Below, one piece after another: positions 1-13,979 of a stretch of 64,000 nt of DNA (positions within the stretch are counted from its first letter, which is position 1; each line of letters begins with the position of its first letter). The notes under the pieces were generated by a model. That model was not told the DNA's origin. It made no database searches and saw nothing but the letters and a program-made list of their open reading frames with translations. The position numbers and the translations under genes were made by a program. The DNA is from the human T2T-CHM13v2.0 reference genome, Homo sapiens: NCBI RefSeq assembly GCF_009914755.1, contig NC_060925.1; one strand, given 5' to 3'.

Positions 1-3000
1 AAGTAGAAAGACTAAATGATGAACCAATCAAAAATAATAACTATGAAAACTTTTCAAGATTTAGACTGTACAATAACACATAAAGAGAAGCAAAAAATTT
101 ATAAAGGTCGGGGGATGAAATTAAAGTGGAGTTTTATTAGTTTGCCTTTTGCATGTCTATTTCTGCAATCAGTGTTAAGTTATCCTCAGTGTGAAACAAT
201 GAGTTATATAACAGTATTTATAAACCTTATGGTAACTTCACATTGGAAGAACATACAACTGACACGAAAAAGCATACAACCGATACAAATTAAAGCTTAC
301 CACCAGAGAAAAACACCTTCTCTAAAAGGAAGACAAGAAGAAATAAAAGAAGGAAGAGGAGACTATAAAACAACCAGAAAACAAATAACAAAATGTCAGG
401 AGTAAATCCCTACTTATCCAATTACGTTGGATTTAAATGGACTCAAGTATTCAGTCAAAAGACACACAGTGACTGAATGGATGAAAAGAAACAAGACCGA
501 ATAATCTGTTGCCTACAAGAAACATGCTTCACTTATGAAGATACTGTATTAGTCTGTTCTTGCATTGCTATGAAGAACTATCTGAGACTGAAAGAAAGGA
601 AGTTTAACTTACTTACAGTTCTATTGGCTGTAAGGAAGGGCTGGGGAGGCTTTAGAAACTTACAATCATGACAGAAGGTGAAGGGGAAGCAGGCACAAAT
701 TATAAGGCCAGAGAAGGAGGAGAAGAGGAAGGTGAAAGAGAAAGTGCAGTACACTTTTACACAACAAAATCTGGTAAGAACTCACTGTCATGAGAACAGC
801 AAATGGAAAATCCTTCCCCATGATCCACCACTTCCCACTAGGCCCCTCCCCCAGCGTTGAGGAATACAATTCCACATGAGCTTTGGACAGGGGCACAAAT
901 CCAAACCATATCAGAGACATATAAACTGAAAATTAAAAGATACTCTATGCCAGTGAAAAGCAAAAAAGAGAAAAAGTTTAGCTATATTTAGATCAGATAA
1001 AATTAATTTTAAGACAAAAAGTGTAAGAAGAGACAAAGAAGCTTATTATATAATGAAAAGGGGGTCAATTCAGCAAGAGGATATATTGATTGTAAACGAA
1101 TATGCACCCAACACTGGAGCACCCAGATATAGAAAGCAAATATTATCAGAGCTGTTAAAGAGAGAGATAGCCTTCAATACAATAATAGCTGGAAACTTCA
1201 ACACCCCTCTTTCAGCCTTAGACAGATCTTCCAGACCGGAAAAAAAAAAAAAAAAAAAGAACAAGGAAGCATTAGACTTAATCTGTACTCTAGAACAAAT
1301 GAACCTAATAGTTATTTACAGAACATTTCACCCAAAGGCTACAGAATACACATTATTTTCCTCAGTACACAGATCATTATTAAGGATAGACTGTATGTTA
1401 GGTCACAAAACAAATCTTATGAAATAATATCAATTGTCTTCTCTCACCATAATGGAATACAACTAAAAATTAATAAGAAGAGGCATTTTGGAAACTAAAC
1501 AAATGTGTAGAACTTAAACAATATGCTCCTTGAATGACCAGTGTGTCAATAAAGAAATTAAGAAAACTGAAAAATTTTTTGAACAAATGATAATGGAAAC
1601 ATATCACATGAAAACCTATGGAACATAGTGAAAGCAGTATTAACAGGAAAATTTATAGATGTAAGTGCTTATATAAAAATTCACATAAGTAACCTAATGA
1701 TGTATCTGAAACTACTAGAAAAGCAAAAGCAAACCCAACCCAAAATTATGATAAGAAAAGAAATAATACAGATTAGAGCAGAAATAAATGAAATTAAAAA
1801 GAAGAAAACAATAAAAACAATTAATATAACAAAAAAGTTGTTTTTTTTTTGAAAAGAAAAACAAAAGTGATAAACCTTTTGCCAGACTAAGAAAAAAAGG
1901 GACCCAAATAAATAAAATCAGAAATGAAAAAGCAGACGTTTCAACTGGTAGGGTGAAAATTCAAAGGATATATGACTACTATGAAAAAGTATAAACCAAT
2001 AAATTAGAAAATCTATGATAAATTTTTAGACACATAAAACCGACCAAGATTGAACCAGGAAAACTGAAAACCTAAACAGACCAATAACAACTAACAAGAT
2101 CAAGGCCATAATAAAAACTCTCCCAGTAAAGGAAATTCCACAATCAGATGGCTTCACTGCTGAATTCTACCAAATATTTAAGAACTAATATCAATCATAC
2201 TAAAGATGTACCAAAAAAAAAAATAGAGGAAGAGGGAATACTTCCAACTCATTTAACTTGGCCAATAGTACCCTGATATAAAAAAAAGGACAAAGACACA
2301 TCAAAAAAAAAAAAAAGGCCAATGTCACTAATAAATACTAGTGCAGAAATCCTCAATGAAATACTAACAAACCTTATTCAAGAATACCTTAAAAAAATTC
2401 ATCATGATCAAGTGGGACTTGTCCCAGTGATGCAAGGATGGTTCAATATATGCAAATCAATGACATATTACTGGAAGTTCTAGCTAGAGTAATCAGACTA
2501 AATAAATAAACAAAAGGACATCCAAATTGGAAAGAAGAAGTCAAATTACCCTTGTTTACAGATGATATGATTGTATATTTGCAAAAACCTAAAGTTCTCC
2601 CCAAAAGCTGTTAAAACTGATAAAGAAATTCAGTAAATTTGTGGGATACAAAATAAACATGCAAAAATCAGTAGCATTTGTATATAATGACAGTGAACCA
2701 TCTGAAAAAAAAAAAACAAAAAAAATCTCATTTAAAATAGCCACAAATAAAATTAAATACCTAGGAAATAACCAAAAAAGTGAAAGATTCCTACAATGAA
2801 ATCTGTAAAATGCTGATGAAAAAAATTGAAGGACACACAAAAAATGAAAAGATATTCCACGTTCATGGTTTGGAACAATCAATATTATTAAAACATTCAT
2901 AGTATCCAAAGCAATCTACAGATTTAATGCAATCCCTATCAAAATACCAGTGATAGTCTTAACAGAAATAGAAAAAAAATTCTAAAATTTATGTGAAATT

Positions 3001-4632
3001 ACAACCACCCAGAATAGCCGAAGCTATTCTGAGCAAAATGTTGAAAACTAGAGGAATCTGTTACCTGATTTCAAATTATACTACAGAGCTATAATAACCA
3101 AAAGTGCACAAACAGAATTTAAACAGATGCCTAAACCAATGAAACAAAATTGAGAACTCAGAAACAAATCCATACATTCACAGTGAACTCATTAGCCACA
3201 AAGGTGACAAGAACATATACTGGGGAATCAACAGCCTCCTCAATAAATGTGCCGGGAAAACTAAATATAGATATGCAGAAGAATGAAACTAGATCCCTAT
3301 CTCTTACCATATACAAAAATCAAATGAAAATAGATTGAAGACTTAAATCTTAAAGCTAAGACCTCAAACTATAAAACTACTGAAAGAAAACATTAGGAAA
3401 CCTCTCCAGGACATTGTTCTGGGCAACGATTTCTTGAGTATTACCCTACGAGCCAGGTAACCAAAGAAAAAATAGACAAATGGGATCACATCAAGTTAAA
3501 AACTTTCCACACAACAAGGGAAACAATCAATATAGTGAAGAGCCAGCCCACAGAATGGGAGAAAATATTTGCAAACTCCACAGAATGGGAGAAAATATGA
3601 GGCATTAATAACCATAATATATAAGAAGCTCAAACAATTTTATAGGAAAAAAGTCTAATAATCTGGTTAAAAAGTGGGCAGAAGATTTGAATAGACATTT
3701 CTCAAAAGGATAAATACAAGTGATATACAGGCATATGAAAGCTCCTAACATCATTCATGGTCAGAGAAATGCAAATCAAAAGTACAATGACATGTCATCT
3801 TATCCCAGTTAAAATCACTTTTATTCAAATGTCAGGCAATAACAAATGTTGGGGAAGATGTGGAGAAAGGAGAACCCTTGTGCACTGTTGATGGGAATGT
3901 AAATTTATACAACCACAGTGGGGAAAAGTTTGGAGGTAAAAATAGAGCTACCATACTATCCAGAAATCCCACTGCTGGTTATCTACCCAATGAAAGGCAA
4001 TCAATGTATCAAAGAGATATCTATACTTTCAAGTTTGTTGCAGCACTATTCACAATAGCTAATATTTGAAAGCAACCTAAGTGTCCATTCATAGGGGAAT
4101 GAGTAAAGAAAATGTGGCACATTTACCCAATTTAGCCATAAAAAAGAATGGAATTCTGTCACTTGCAAATCATGGATGGAACTGGAGGTCATTAATTTAA
4201 GTAAAATAACCCAGGAACAGAAAGACAAACATTGTCTGTTCTCACTTATTTGTGGGATCTGAAAATAAAAACAATTGAAATCATGGAGATGGAGTGTAGT
4301 AGAATGATTACCAGAAGCTGGGAAGGGTAGTGGGAAAATAGGAGACAGATGGAGATGGTTAATGGGTACCAAAAATAGTTTGAAAGAATGAATTAGATAG
4401 CATAATAGGGGGACTACAGTCAATAATAATTTAATTGTACATTTAAAAATAACTTAAAAAATTGAATTATTCATAGCACAAAAGATAAATGCTCTAAGGG
4501 ATGAATACCCAATTTTCAATGTCATGATTATTATGCATTATATGCATTCCTGTACCAAAATGTCTCATGCACCTCATAAAGTACCTATTATATACTAACA
4601 AAAATTAAAAATTAAAATTAAAAATTAAAAAG
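1..4632 (+). mobile_element. Decayed LINE-1, L1MA2-like (inter-ORF region, ORF2, 3' UTR); 5' part extends upstream of the window
   Basis: ORF fragments show L1 ORF2 endonuclease motifs (IICCLQET 477-671; NEYAPNTGAPRY, IIAGNFNTPLS, HSLLRID-like RSLLRIDCMLGHK 1053-1427). Later ORF2 parts follow with many stops and frameshifts. The 3' UTR (ggttaatgggtaccaaaaatag...actacagtcaataataatttaattgtacattt) fits L1MA1-3 and ends in an A-rich tail at ~4600-4632. Confidence 0.9.
545..913 (-). mobile_element. MaLR solo LTR (MSTA-like) inserted into the L1 ORF2 endonuclease region
   Basis: Termini tgtattagtc...ccaaaccatatca are the reverse complement of the TGATATGG...TAATACA MaLR LTR. Degenerate 5-bp TSD gatac (540-544) / gagac (914-918). 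L1 sequence resumes on both sides. Confidence 0.9.
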
Positions 4633-4646
4633 AAATTATTAAAAAT

Positions 4647-4909
4647 GGATGGTTGTGTCTGTACTGAACATGTGCAAACTTTTTTTCTTGTCATTCCCTA
4701 AGCAATACAGCATAACAAGTATTTTCGTAACATTTACATTGCATTAGATATTATAAGTAATATAGAGATAATTCAAAGTATACAGGAGGATGTGCACATG
4801 TTATATGCAAATACTACACCATTTTCTATAACAGAGTTGAGCATTTGTGCATTTTGGTACCTGCGTAGGGTCCAGGAACCAATCCCCCATGGAGAAAGTG
4901 GGATAACTA
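4647..4909. mobile_element. MER2 (TcMar-Tigger MITE), one end missing
   Basis: gtctgtactgaacatgtg...atgcaaatactacaccatttt...ggtccaggaaccaatccccca matches the MER2 body and one terminus. Homologous to 46190-46406. Confidence 0.85.
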
Positions 4910-5929
4910 TATTCATAGGTTTAATTCAACACTGTCTTAATTAATATTTTATTAGGTATATTCCATCTCTACAGTTTTAACTTTGAGTGAATTTGAATTT
5001 GTAAATTTACTTAATATTTGCAAAGTAAAAATTATTTAAATCTTTTTTCTCAGTTTTTCTATTTATAAAATAGATATAGTAGTAGCAGATAATCATCTTA
5101 TCATGATGGCATTTATAAATTGCTAGAAGAGGGTCTGACATATTACTCTATACAAACTTTATTTTCTTCAAATAATTAAATTTAGCTTTTTTCAAAAATA
5201 CTTATTTTTTCAATTAATCTTGTGTGTGTGAACAATTTCTACGTTTTCTCACTGTTTGCTGTCTCAATTCTTAAAGTCTTTGTAAATCAAATTTATGTTC
5301 ATAGCTACAGGAGTTATTCAATCCCTATCTAACTGTAAACTTAAAAATATGTAGTAGATCAAAAAAGATCTGCTTTATCTCGTAGTTTGCTCTTAATTCA
5401 AGAAGGAATGTTTTCTCTTTCTGTTATAACTTCAGGACAAGGAAGAATAGGATGAGAAATCATAACTGAAAGCTTCAATAATTTATCAGGTAAATTATTA
5501 AAAAACAAGTGTTTTAGTCAACATATATTTATAGAGGATTAAATCTAGGTTAGACACTGATGGAGGTGCATAAAGTAAGCACAAGAGCTTATTTTGTTTC
5601 CTTTTTGTTTATTTAATTATCTTGATCTCACTTATTTTTACAAAGAGATAAAGCAGCCTCTGGAAAATTTAGTCCAAAAGACATATTCTATAAATCATAA
5701 AGCCTCCTCTGCAGGATCAGGCTCTTTAATTACTTGAGTCTCTAAGCCAGTTCTGACATCAAAGCTGGTTTATATTATATTTGAACCCCTTGAGGCTGGA
5801 TAATTCTCTTCATGATTTACATGATCGCAAGCATGGTCTCATGGTAATTATTCCTAATGAGGATAACTTTTTATTTTCCTTTTGTCTCTCTACTAATAAT
5901 AGCATTTTGTGCAAGTTTTTACTTACTCT

Positions 5930-8100
5930 ACCCACAAATACTTTTAAAGTACCCTCAGGAACTGATCTGGGCATTAGAGATACATGGATGAAAGACATGG
6001 TGTCTTCCTTTACAAACTTCACATTTCTGGGGAGTAGCAGATAGTGAGAGGCAAACAAATATAGTGTAATATGCACTAATATAAATGTATGCACCAAGTG
6101 CTATGGGTATACATAGCAAGTTCACATGAAACCGCCTGGGAGATTAAATAAGGTATAATTCAATAAATATTTATTGAGGTTTTTTTTTCCACACACAGGG
6201 TAAGTAAGTGAGTTGATTATTGGAAAACATATAACTTTGTCAGATGAAGAGGCACAATTGACATTGAATAGAAAAGAAACAGCATGTGCTGCAGTCAAGA
6301 GAATGTAATTTATGCTTTGCAAATTGTGTGCAAATCATTTAGTATGTCTAAAACAATATCAGCAGGTTAAAATAGAAAGCTAGAGACCATAAAGTAAAAT
6401 GTCTTAAATGTCATTCTACAGAGTTTAGAAAGACAAATGGAGACTGATTTTAATCAAGGAGTGACAAGATCAGTAGAAAGTCTCCTCTGGAAAATAATTT
6501 GTGGTTATCTGAGGCATGTTAGATTACAAGTGGAATGATCCCCAGTATTATAGATAGTAAATTTTTAGTTCTCAGGTTAAAAAAGAGAAAGTAGTGGGGA
6601 GATATGGGGAGAATTCAGAAGGTAAAATTGAAAAAGGTTTGTGATTAATTGAAAGTGTGAGATCGGGTAGAGGCAACAATTTTCTGACATAAGTGACTGC
6701 CACATAGAATCTCCATTTACCAATATAAGACACTAAGAAGGAGGAGCGGAAATGGAGATAACATGGTGATTTCGTTTAGTTTATTTATTTATCAGAAACG
6801 TATTGAGCCTTTACTATGACAGAAACCCTATCCTTTAAGAGGATACTTTCTAATGGGAGACAAAGGCAATGTAGAAATTGTGTGTTGGGTGGGGCAGGGG
6901 GTGGTTAACAGTAATAAGTGCAATAGCTACAGTTAGGATTTTAGGGAGCAAAAGAATGTGAAATAGAATGTCATTTTATGTGATGCAGCCAGGAGACCTC
7001 ATTAAAAAACACAATATTTGAGGAAAAACCCAAGGTAGCTAAAGGAATAAGTTTGAGGCTATTTGAGATGGAAGTGGGAGGCAAAACTGTAGGTTAAGGG
7101 AGCAGCCATTTAGAGGCCCTGCCGTGAGAACATGCCCAGCATGTTTGTGGATTATCAAGGAAGCTGCTATGACTGCAGCCAAGTGAGCAAGACATACAGT
7201 AGCAGCAAAAGAGAATGTTTGAGAGGGTGGAGTTAATGGATCACCTAGTATTTTGCGGGCCAACATAAGGATGTAGGCTTTTGAATGAGATGAGATGCCA
7301 TCAGAATTTTGAATAGAAGAATGATATAATTTTTTAAAGAACATTGTTGGGAACCAAAAAGGCACATGGTAGAAGCAAAGAGATAAATTTTTAGACATTT
7401 ACAATCATTTACACAAGAGATTATTGTAGTTTGGATTATACTGATAGAAGTAAAGATAATAGGAAGTTGCTAGTTGCTGAAACTATTTCAAAACCATAGG
7501 CAAAATAATTTGAAATGTGAAGTAAAGAAAGAGATAACATAAGTGGGTAAAATTTTGCTTGAAGATTTAGAAAAATGGAATATCTATCAACTGAGTTGGT
7601 AAAACTGTAAAAGGAGTCTTCTGCATGAGAGTTCAGTTGTGAAGAGTCAGTTTTGAACAAGCTAATTTTTAGATACTCTCAAGACATCTAAGTGATGATG
7701 TAAAGAGGAGGCAACTAGATATGCCAGTTAAGAGTCCACTGAATGTACCTGACTTGAATAAATTGTGGAGACACCAGTATACCAAACGTATTCAAATCCA
7801 TGAGACTCAGTGAGTTCACTTAGAAGTAGGCACAAAGAGAAGAGGTTCAAGAACTAAGCTATATGTAACTATAATGTTGTTCAGTCTGGAAAATGAGGAA
7901 AAACAGGAAAGGATCTGAGGAGTAGTTATGTGGGTAGAAGACAGTAGTGTGTGATGTCCTGAAAATCAAGGGAAGAAAGTGATTTAGAGAGAAGGGAGTA
8001 AGTGAGTAAAATACTGACAGTAACTAATGTAAGATGAGACTGAACATTGACTAGTTTTAGTTATGTGGCATTTGATATGCCTTAAATTTTAGTGAACCAT
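5930..8100 (-). mobile_element. Cluster of ancient L2 fragments
   Basis: Purine-rich L2 reverse-strand motifs (tattgag..., gaggccctgccgtgagaacatgcc, ttttgaatgagatgagatgccatcagaattttgaatag, gagttcagttttgaaca-like). Highly diverged, boundaries approximate. Confidence 0.65.
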
Positions 8101-8207
8101 TAGTCTGTATTCCAGAAGAAAATTCTGTATGTATACCTATTTAGGAAGTATCAGCGGCATTTGAAGCCACTTGTTGATAAAATCTTCCAATTAAAAATAG
8201 CTAATCA

Positions 8208-8527
<320 letters not shown>

Positions 8528-9049
8528 TCATGGTGTGAAACCAAGAAAATGAATAAATTGAGTTGATGCAGGAAGAAGGCCAGAGAGTCAAGTAGAAAAT
8601 ATAATGGAATTGTTCTTTTAAGATTTTCGTTTATTTGTTTTTCTTGAGTTTTTTTTTTTCCCTCATTTTTCACAATTGGACTTACAATGTTCAGTACTTT
8701 TATTTTTATTTTCAATGACCTAACTTTGTATTTTATAATTCAAGCCTTTTTAAATTTTTTTCTATTCATTAACTTCTTTTTTTTATTCACTAATGAATTC
8801 CTTTATTAACTTTGGTCTTATACGTTGTCATATATGTAATTTATCCTTATTTTACTTTTTTTTAATTTGATGATTTCTGGTTACAGTGCATGGTTACCAG
8901 CTAGTATATCTAGAATCTAGGTCCTGAGTCTAAATTAAATGTGTACTCAAGAAGTAAAAGACACTTGAAACCCTAATTGTTGGCCAAAATATATTTATCT
9001 GCTTATATTCTATATATATAACAATTAGATATTTTTAACAATTTATTTA

Positions 9050-9560
9050 TTAAATCATGTATTCAAACAATTTTGACTATCTGTCATAAATATGGCAAAA
9101 ATACATTATCTTTTCCTTTGAAGATCATACTGTTTAGTGGAGAAGACTGATTTATAGCAAAGAAAACATGATGCATGGGTCCCTAGTAGGAATTTTGACA
9201 AGATGTTACAAAATGGTGAATTAATACTTTGCATAAAGAGTAGCATTTGTCCTTGAGAAAAGGGGTTGAGTATTTTGGCACAGGCATGGAGAATTTTGAG
9301 GTAAAACCAAATTCAGTGAGGCTGGTGTAAACGGTGAATGCGAGTAGGAAAGATGGGTGATGAAGCTATATCTTAGTGAAAAGTGATTCATTTGACAAAT
9401 GTGGGTCTGGCAGGAAAAAGAAATGCAAGGGAGATGAAAGCACTTACAGAGAGCATGACTTTCTTAAAATAAGGGGAGCAGTACTGAATATATTGTATCT
9501 TTTTGACTGTCCTGAAGAACTTAGCACAATTATGTATTCAAGATTTAGTAGCTGCTACAG
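9050..9560. mobile_element. L2 relic fragments
   Basis: Diverged L2 3'-end-like motifs (atcatactgtttagtggagaagac; cttagcacaat...tattcaagatttagtagctg). Confidence 0.4.
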
Positions 9561-10364
9561 TTCTCACACCCTAGGAAATCACACTGATAATAAAACCATT
9601 ATGATTAAGGAAGGCTTCTATACACTGGAAAAGTTAGTAATATACAAAGCTAAAGTAGGGAAAATATATCAGGGTCTTGACAGACCAGGCTGCTTCTAAA
9701 GTCTAAACTTTTTCATAATTAACTGGGATTTTCTTCTTCCCTAAAACAAGTCTCAGTGTCTCAAAATCTCTGTCTCTCTCTCAAGCTCTCTCCATGGATT
9801 TCACTGACAAAGCCTCATATTTGTGGTCTGAGATCTCATTTTCAGTTCTTTCAACCTCATCATTGTGATGACATTCCTTTTGGTAATTAAACCATAGTCC
9901 CTTTTTCTAAAATTTAGAATTCTCTGCTCTGGAAAATTCGGACTACTTTTTTTTTTCTTATAAGCAAAAGAAAAACAAAGATATTAATTAGTTTCCCAGA
10001 TGATTGAAAATTAATTTATGACATATTAATAAATTCAGCAAGAGGATCTCAAATTATTTCCATTATTAAAATCAGCAACTTGCTATGGGCCTTTATTGAT
10101 TTCACATAACACCAATCACTATATTTATCACTGAGTTAACATTCATTTATGTATGCTAGGGCGTCCATTGTAAATAGTCGTAAAATATGAAGAAACTTAC
10201 ATGAAATTGTGTATAAATATTGATAAATATTGCAAAAGAAATATGTATATTTTCATGAAAATCGCAAAAAAATTTACATAAAGGCACTTTTCTTGAATTT
10301 AAGGAGAGTCCTTTACCTATTAAAATTCAGACTCCCCTTATCATAGGTTTTTACTGTGAAATGA

Positions 10365-11010
10365 AAAATATTTATTTAAATGCATATGTATTGAGTGTTT
10401 CCCCTACTATGTGCAAAATATTTGGCTGACCATGTTTGGAATTATTAATGGTACTATTCTTATTCTGAAGAAATGTGTTGCCTAGAGGAATAGTTAGATA
10501 TTTTAAAACGTATATTGGAATACACCTTAAATTCAAGGATTGGGTGAAGTTCATGAGTAGATATAACCATAAAATGGGACATAGGAAATGAATGAGGCCT
10601 CATTTTGTACTAGACACTGTGCTGGGCATTCCAGATTGAATGAGATGTATTTCCTGCAGAGTTGTGTGTACGTGAGAAGGGATTATAGAGAAATGTGTCA
10701 ATAAATGTATGGTTGGAGACATCAGTAGAGATTTCAGAAAGGGTTTGCTATTTAACATTTTCTAAAAGATAAGTAAGGATTATATTTTCTATATAAATAA
10801 TAGTACTTGTAATGAATAGTGGCATTGGTGTGACTTTGATTATTTAAAATAGTAAGTTTTACGATTTACTTTTTTGGATACTTCTGTTTCTTTATCCTGG
10901 ATATACTTAAATGAGTCATTTGATCTTGAAGGGCTTTAAGTTTTCAATCTGTAAATTTGAGATCTAAACAAGGAAATCGCTAAATTCTTTTTCATCTTTA
11001 CAGTTTGATT
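10365..11010. mobile_element. L2 and MIR relics
   Basis: tattgagtgtttcccctactatgtgc and tagacactgtgctgggcatt are L2 3'-end-like; aagttttcaatctgtaaatttgaga is MIR-core-like. Confidence 0.4.
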
Positions 11011-11601
11011 ACATCCTTTGAATTTTTTCTATGTGCTACTTACTGCTGGGTGACCTTAATGCCCTATTTTAAGGATTGATTTCCATTGACAATATGATTA
11101 TTCAGTTTGGCTCATAAATTAAAGATATCATAACCCTAAGCTCTTTTTATCTTTTTTTTTACCGTCAACCAAAATTTAATTCACTGTTATAGAAATAAAT
11201 TTAGATAGTAACGAAACAAGTAATCTTCTGATAATCCCACACATTTTGTGTTAAATTTTTTTCTGTGATCTCAATAGTATTAAGATTTCCTAAAGAAGGA
11301 AAAACAGTCAAGATTTTTTTCTGCCGCCAATCCACTCTGCAATGTTGCAGAATGCTTTCAGAAGGTACGGTTTTATTTCATTCATCTCTCCAAGCTTACC
11401 AACCCTTTCACCAAACATCTGAGAGCTCCAACAATGGTTTATTTTTCCTCTGTACCATTGATCACTTATCCATTGGTATCTTATAAGCACTTGCTATCCA
11501 GTAGCTAGAATCTACTCTAACAGCAGAGCAGCAAAAGGCCCAAAATATAGCAAGAAGTAGTCTGAATGGTAATGCAATACATTTCCTGTTATAATCTAAG
11601 A

Positions 11602-12047
11602 CAGGGTTTCTCAAACTGAGTATTGTTGATACTTAGACTGGATAATGGAGACTATTATCCATTAGTCTCTGTTGTAGAAGACTACGTTGTTCATTGTAGA
11701 ATGTTTGAAAGTATCCCTGGCTTCTACCTACCGGGTGCCAGTAGCACCACCACCTTTTTTGGTCAAAATAAAAAATGTATCAAGGCATCGTGACATGTCC
11801 CCTGTGGTTCAAAGCATTGCCAGAAAAAATGCAGAATATCCCCTCAATTTGAATTTCAGAAAAGCAACACATATGAGTGTGTGTGTACATGTGTATAATC
11901 CCAAATATTGTATGGGTCAGTTATACTAAATAAGTTGTTTATTAGAAATTAAAATTTAGCAAGGTCTTCTACATTTCTATGTTAAACCTGGCAATTCTAC
12001 TTGAATTAGGGGCATGGAGCACAGTTGCTCTAAATTGAGAACTACTT
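11602..12047 (-). mobile_element. MER20 (hAT-Charlie MITE) interrupted by MER53
   Basis: cagggtttctcaaact...gtatccctggcttctacctaccgggtgccagtagcacc...atgtcccctg, resuming as ggggca...ttgagaactact after the insert. Confidence 0.8.
11812..11999. mobile_element. MER53 palindromic hAT MITE
   Basis: Terminal inverted repeats attgccag / ctggcaat. Internal arms aatttgaatttcag / tagaaattaaaattt and central tcccaaatattgtatggg as in MER53. Confidence 0.8.
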
Positions 12048-13979
12048 ATTTAGGATCATTTTAGAAGGTAAAATAAAGCGTTTTAGGTATAATTTTGACA
12101 GTCACGTGTTAAAGCATTTAGCTAAATGGATTATTGTTACCATCAATATAGTTATTTTGCTAAGTTCAAACATCTGTAATAGTGGAAAATAAAGCAAAAT
12201 ATACCAGTTAGTTCCATTATGTGGATTCAATTCCTGAGTAATTTAGTACTTTGATAGCTGGGAAGACAAGTGGCTCCACTGACTTCAGTTTTCTGCAACA
12301 CTCATTAGGCTAGAGGCAGGCTTTCTTCAGATATAAAAATGATGGATGAAATTCAGAACCTGATAGTTATTCTCATGATAGCACAGACATCATGAATATG
12401 TGTTTGCCCTCTGAATGAAGCCTACACACTCTGCCATGAGAACCCCCAAGTGCATAGACATTGAACCATTTAATCTGCTCTGAGACTACGTCGCCTAATC
12501 CTGTAGTTGATATAATCATTTTCAGACACTCACAGGTCTCCAGACAACACAGCTAAGGAAGATAAAAAGACAAGGTGAACTTGTGTTTGCCCTCTCATTA
12601 AATTTTGCAAGCTGCTATGTTTAAGTTTCTATTTTATGGACCACTTAGGCAACTATTAACCTTTAAAAATACATTAGCATTTTTATTTCAGACTTTTCAG
12701 AAGACACAGACTGAAATAGAAATAAAGGATAATGGGAAGTTCTGACTTACAAATTGGTATTAAAAATGTTCAAAATATGTTTTCTTTCTAACGTATTAAA
12801 GGAATATCCCAAATAATTCATGTATTCCAGGTTTCTTTTAAAACTGCTTGTGTCTGTTGTTGATACAAATTATAGTATAATGGTAATAATCACAATGAAG
12901 TATCTTGAAAGACAATGTTATAGAAGAATTACTGATGATAATTACTTATAAATTGAAAGATTATGAAGACTTAAATGAGCAGAGAGAGACTTAAGAGCAG
13001 TAAAATTGGATCTACTTGCCTTATAAGTTCATAATTAAATATAATTTTATTAGAGCATTTAAAATTTTATTTTCAAGTTTGCATTGTCTAGAAATTATAT
13101 TCTATATCATGGACACTTTTTGCATGTAATTATTGCAAAAATGTAAAATACTATGTATTTTTGTTTTAATATCATTTAACAAGTTATAAAAATAAAATGT
13201 TCTTGCTTTTGTGCTAACATGAGAAAATATATTTTTACTATTAATCTTAGAACATTTTACAAAATTTTTTGAAGATATGTTATTCTTTTTTGCATTTTAA
13301 TATTTAATAAAACTAGATTAAATAATGATTTGTATTATAACAGTTATTCATGTATACATTGCCAAAGCAACCCTTTTTTGCCTATTAATGTCTGGCTAAA
13401 CTGTTCTGATATTGTTTCTTAATTCATTAAACATGAAACTAGGTTTTAAAAACTAAATTATATAAACTTAAGACAGAAGTCTAAAAATGGTACAAGAAAA
13501 TTCTTTTCTTGAAAAACAACAAATTAATATGATGTTATTCAAATATCTACCAATTAAAGAATCAGAAAAACAGAATACCATATTGGATGTAACAGTTTAA
13601 AATTGATTGCAAATAAATGTCAAACTTAACTTTTAAATAGAAAAAATTTATTATCGCCTCATTTCTACCAATAATTTCAAGTGTTTAATGGGACTATTTC
13701 ATTAGAATTTACTGTAAGCTCAGTTTTCCAACAAAAGCCTTTGTAAAGGTAAGAAAAAATAGAAATGAAAATTTCTCTCGCCATTAATACTGTGAATACT
13801 ATTTGGAGGGTCCCCGATCAGACATTTCAATATCACACTTAAGAACCAATGTGGAGCCTTTGATTATATTTAGTTTATATACAGGATCTGAATATTCACA
13901 CATGTAGCACACTATAGCAACCTCTTGTAAAAAATTGTGAAGAAAATGCAACAGTGTATATTCCATTAAAAAGTAAATT

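Noticed and set aside
11320-11410. CCAAT, palindrome tctgcaa-tg-ttgcaga and donor-like sites (aag/gtacgg on +, g/gtaagc on -) suggesting an exon
   Set aside because: No convincing paired acceptor or coding frame. It cannot be supported without transcript data.
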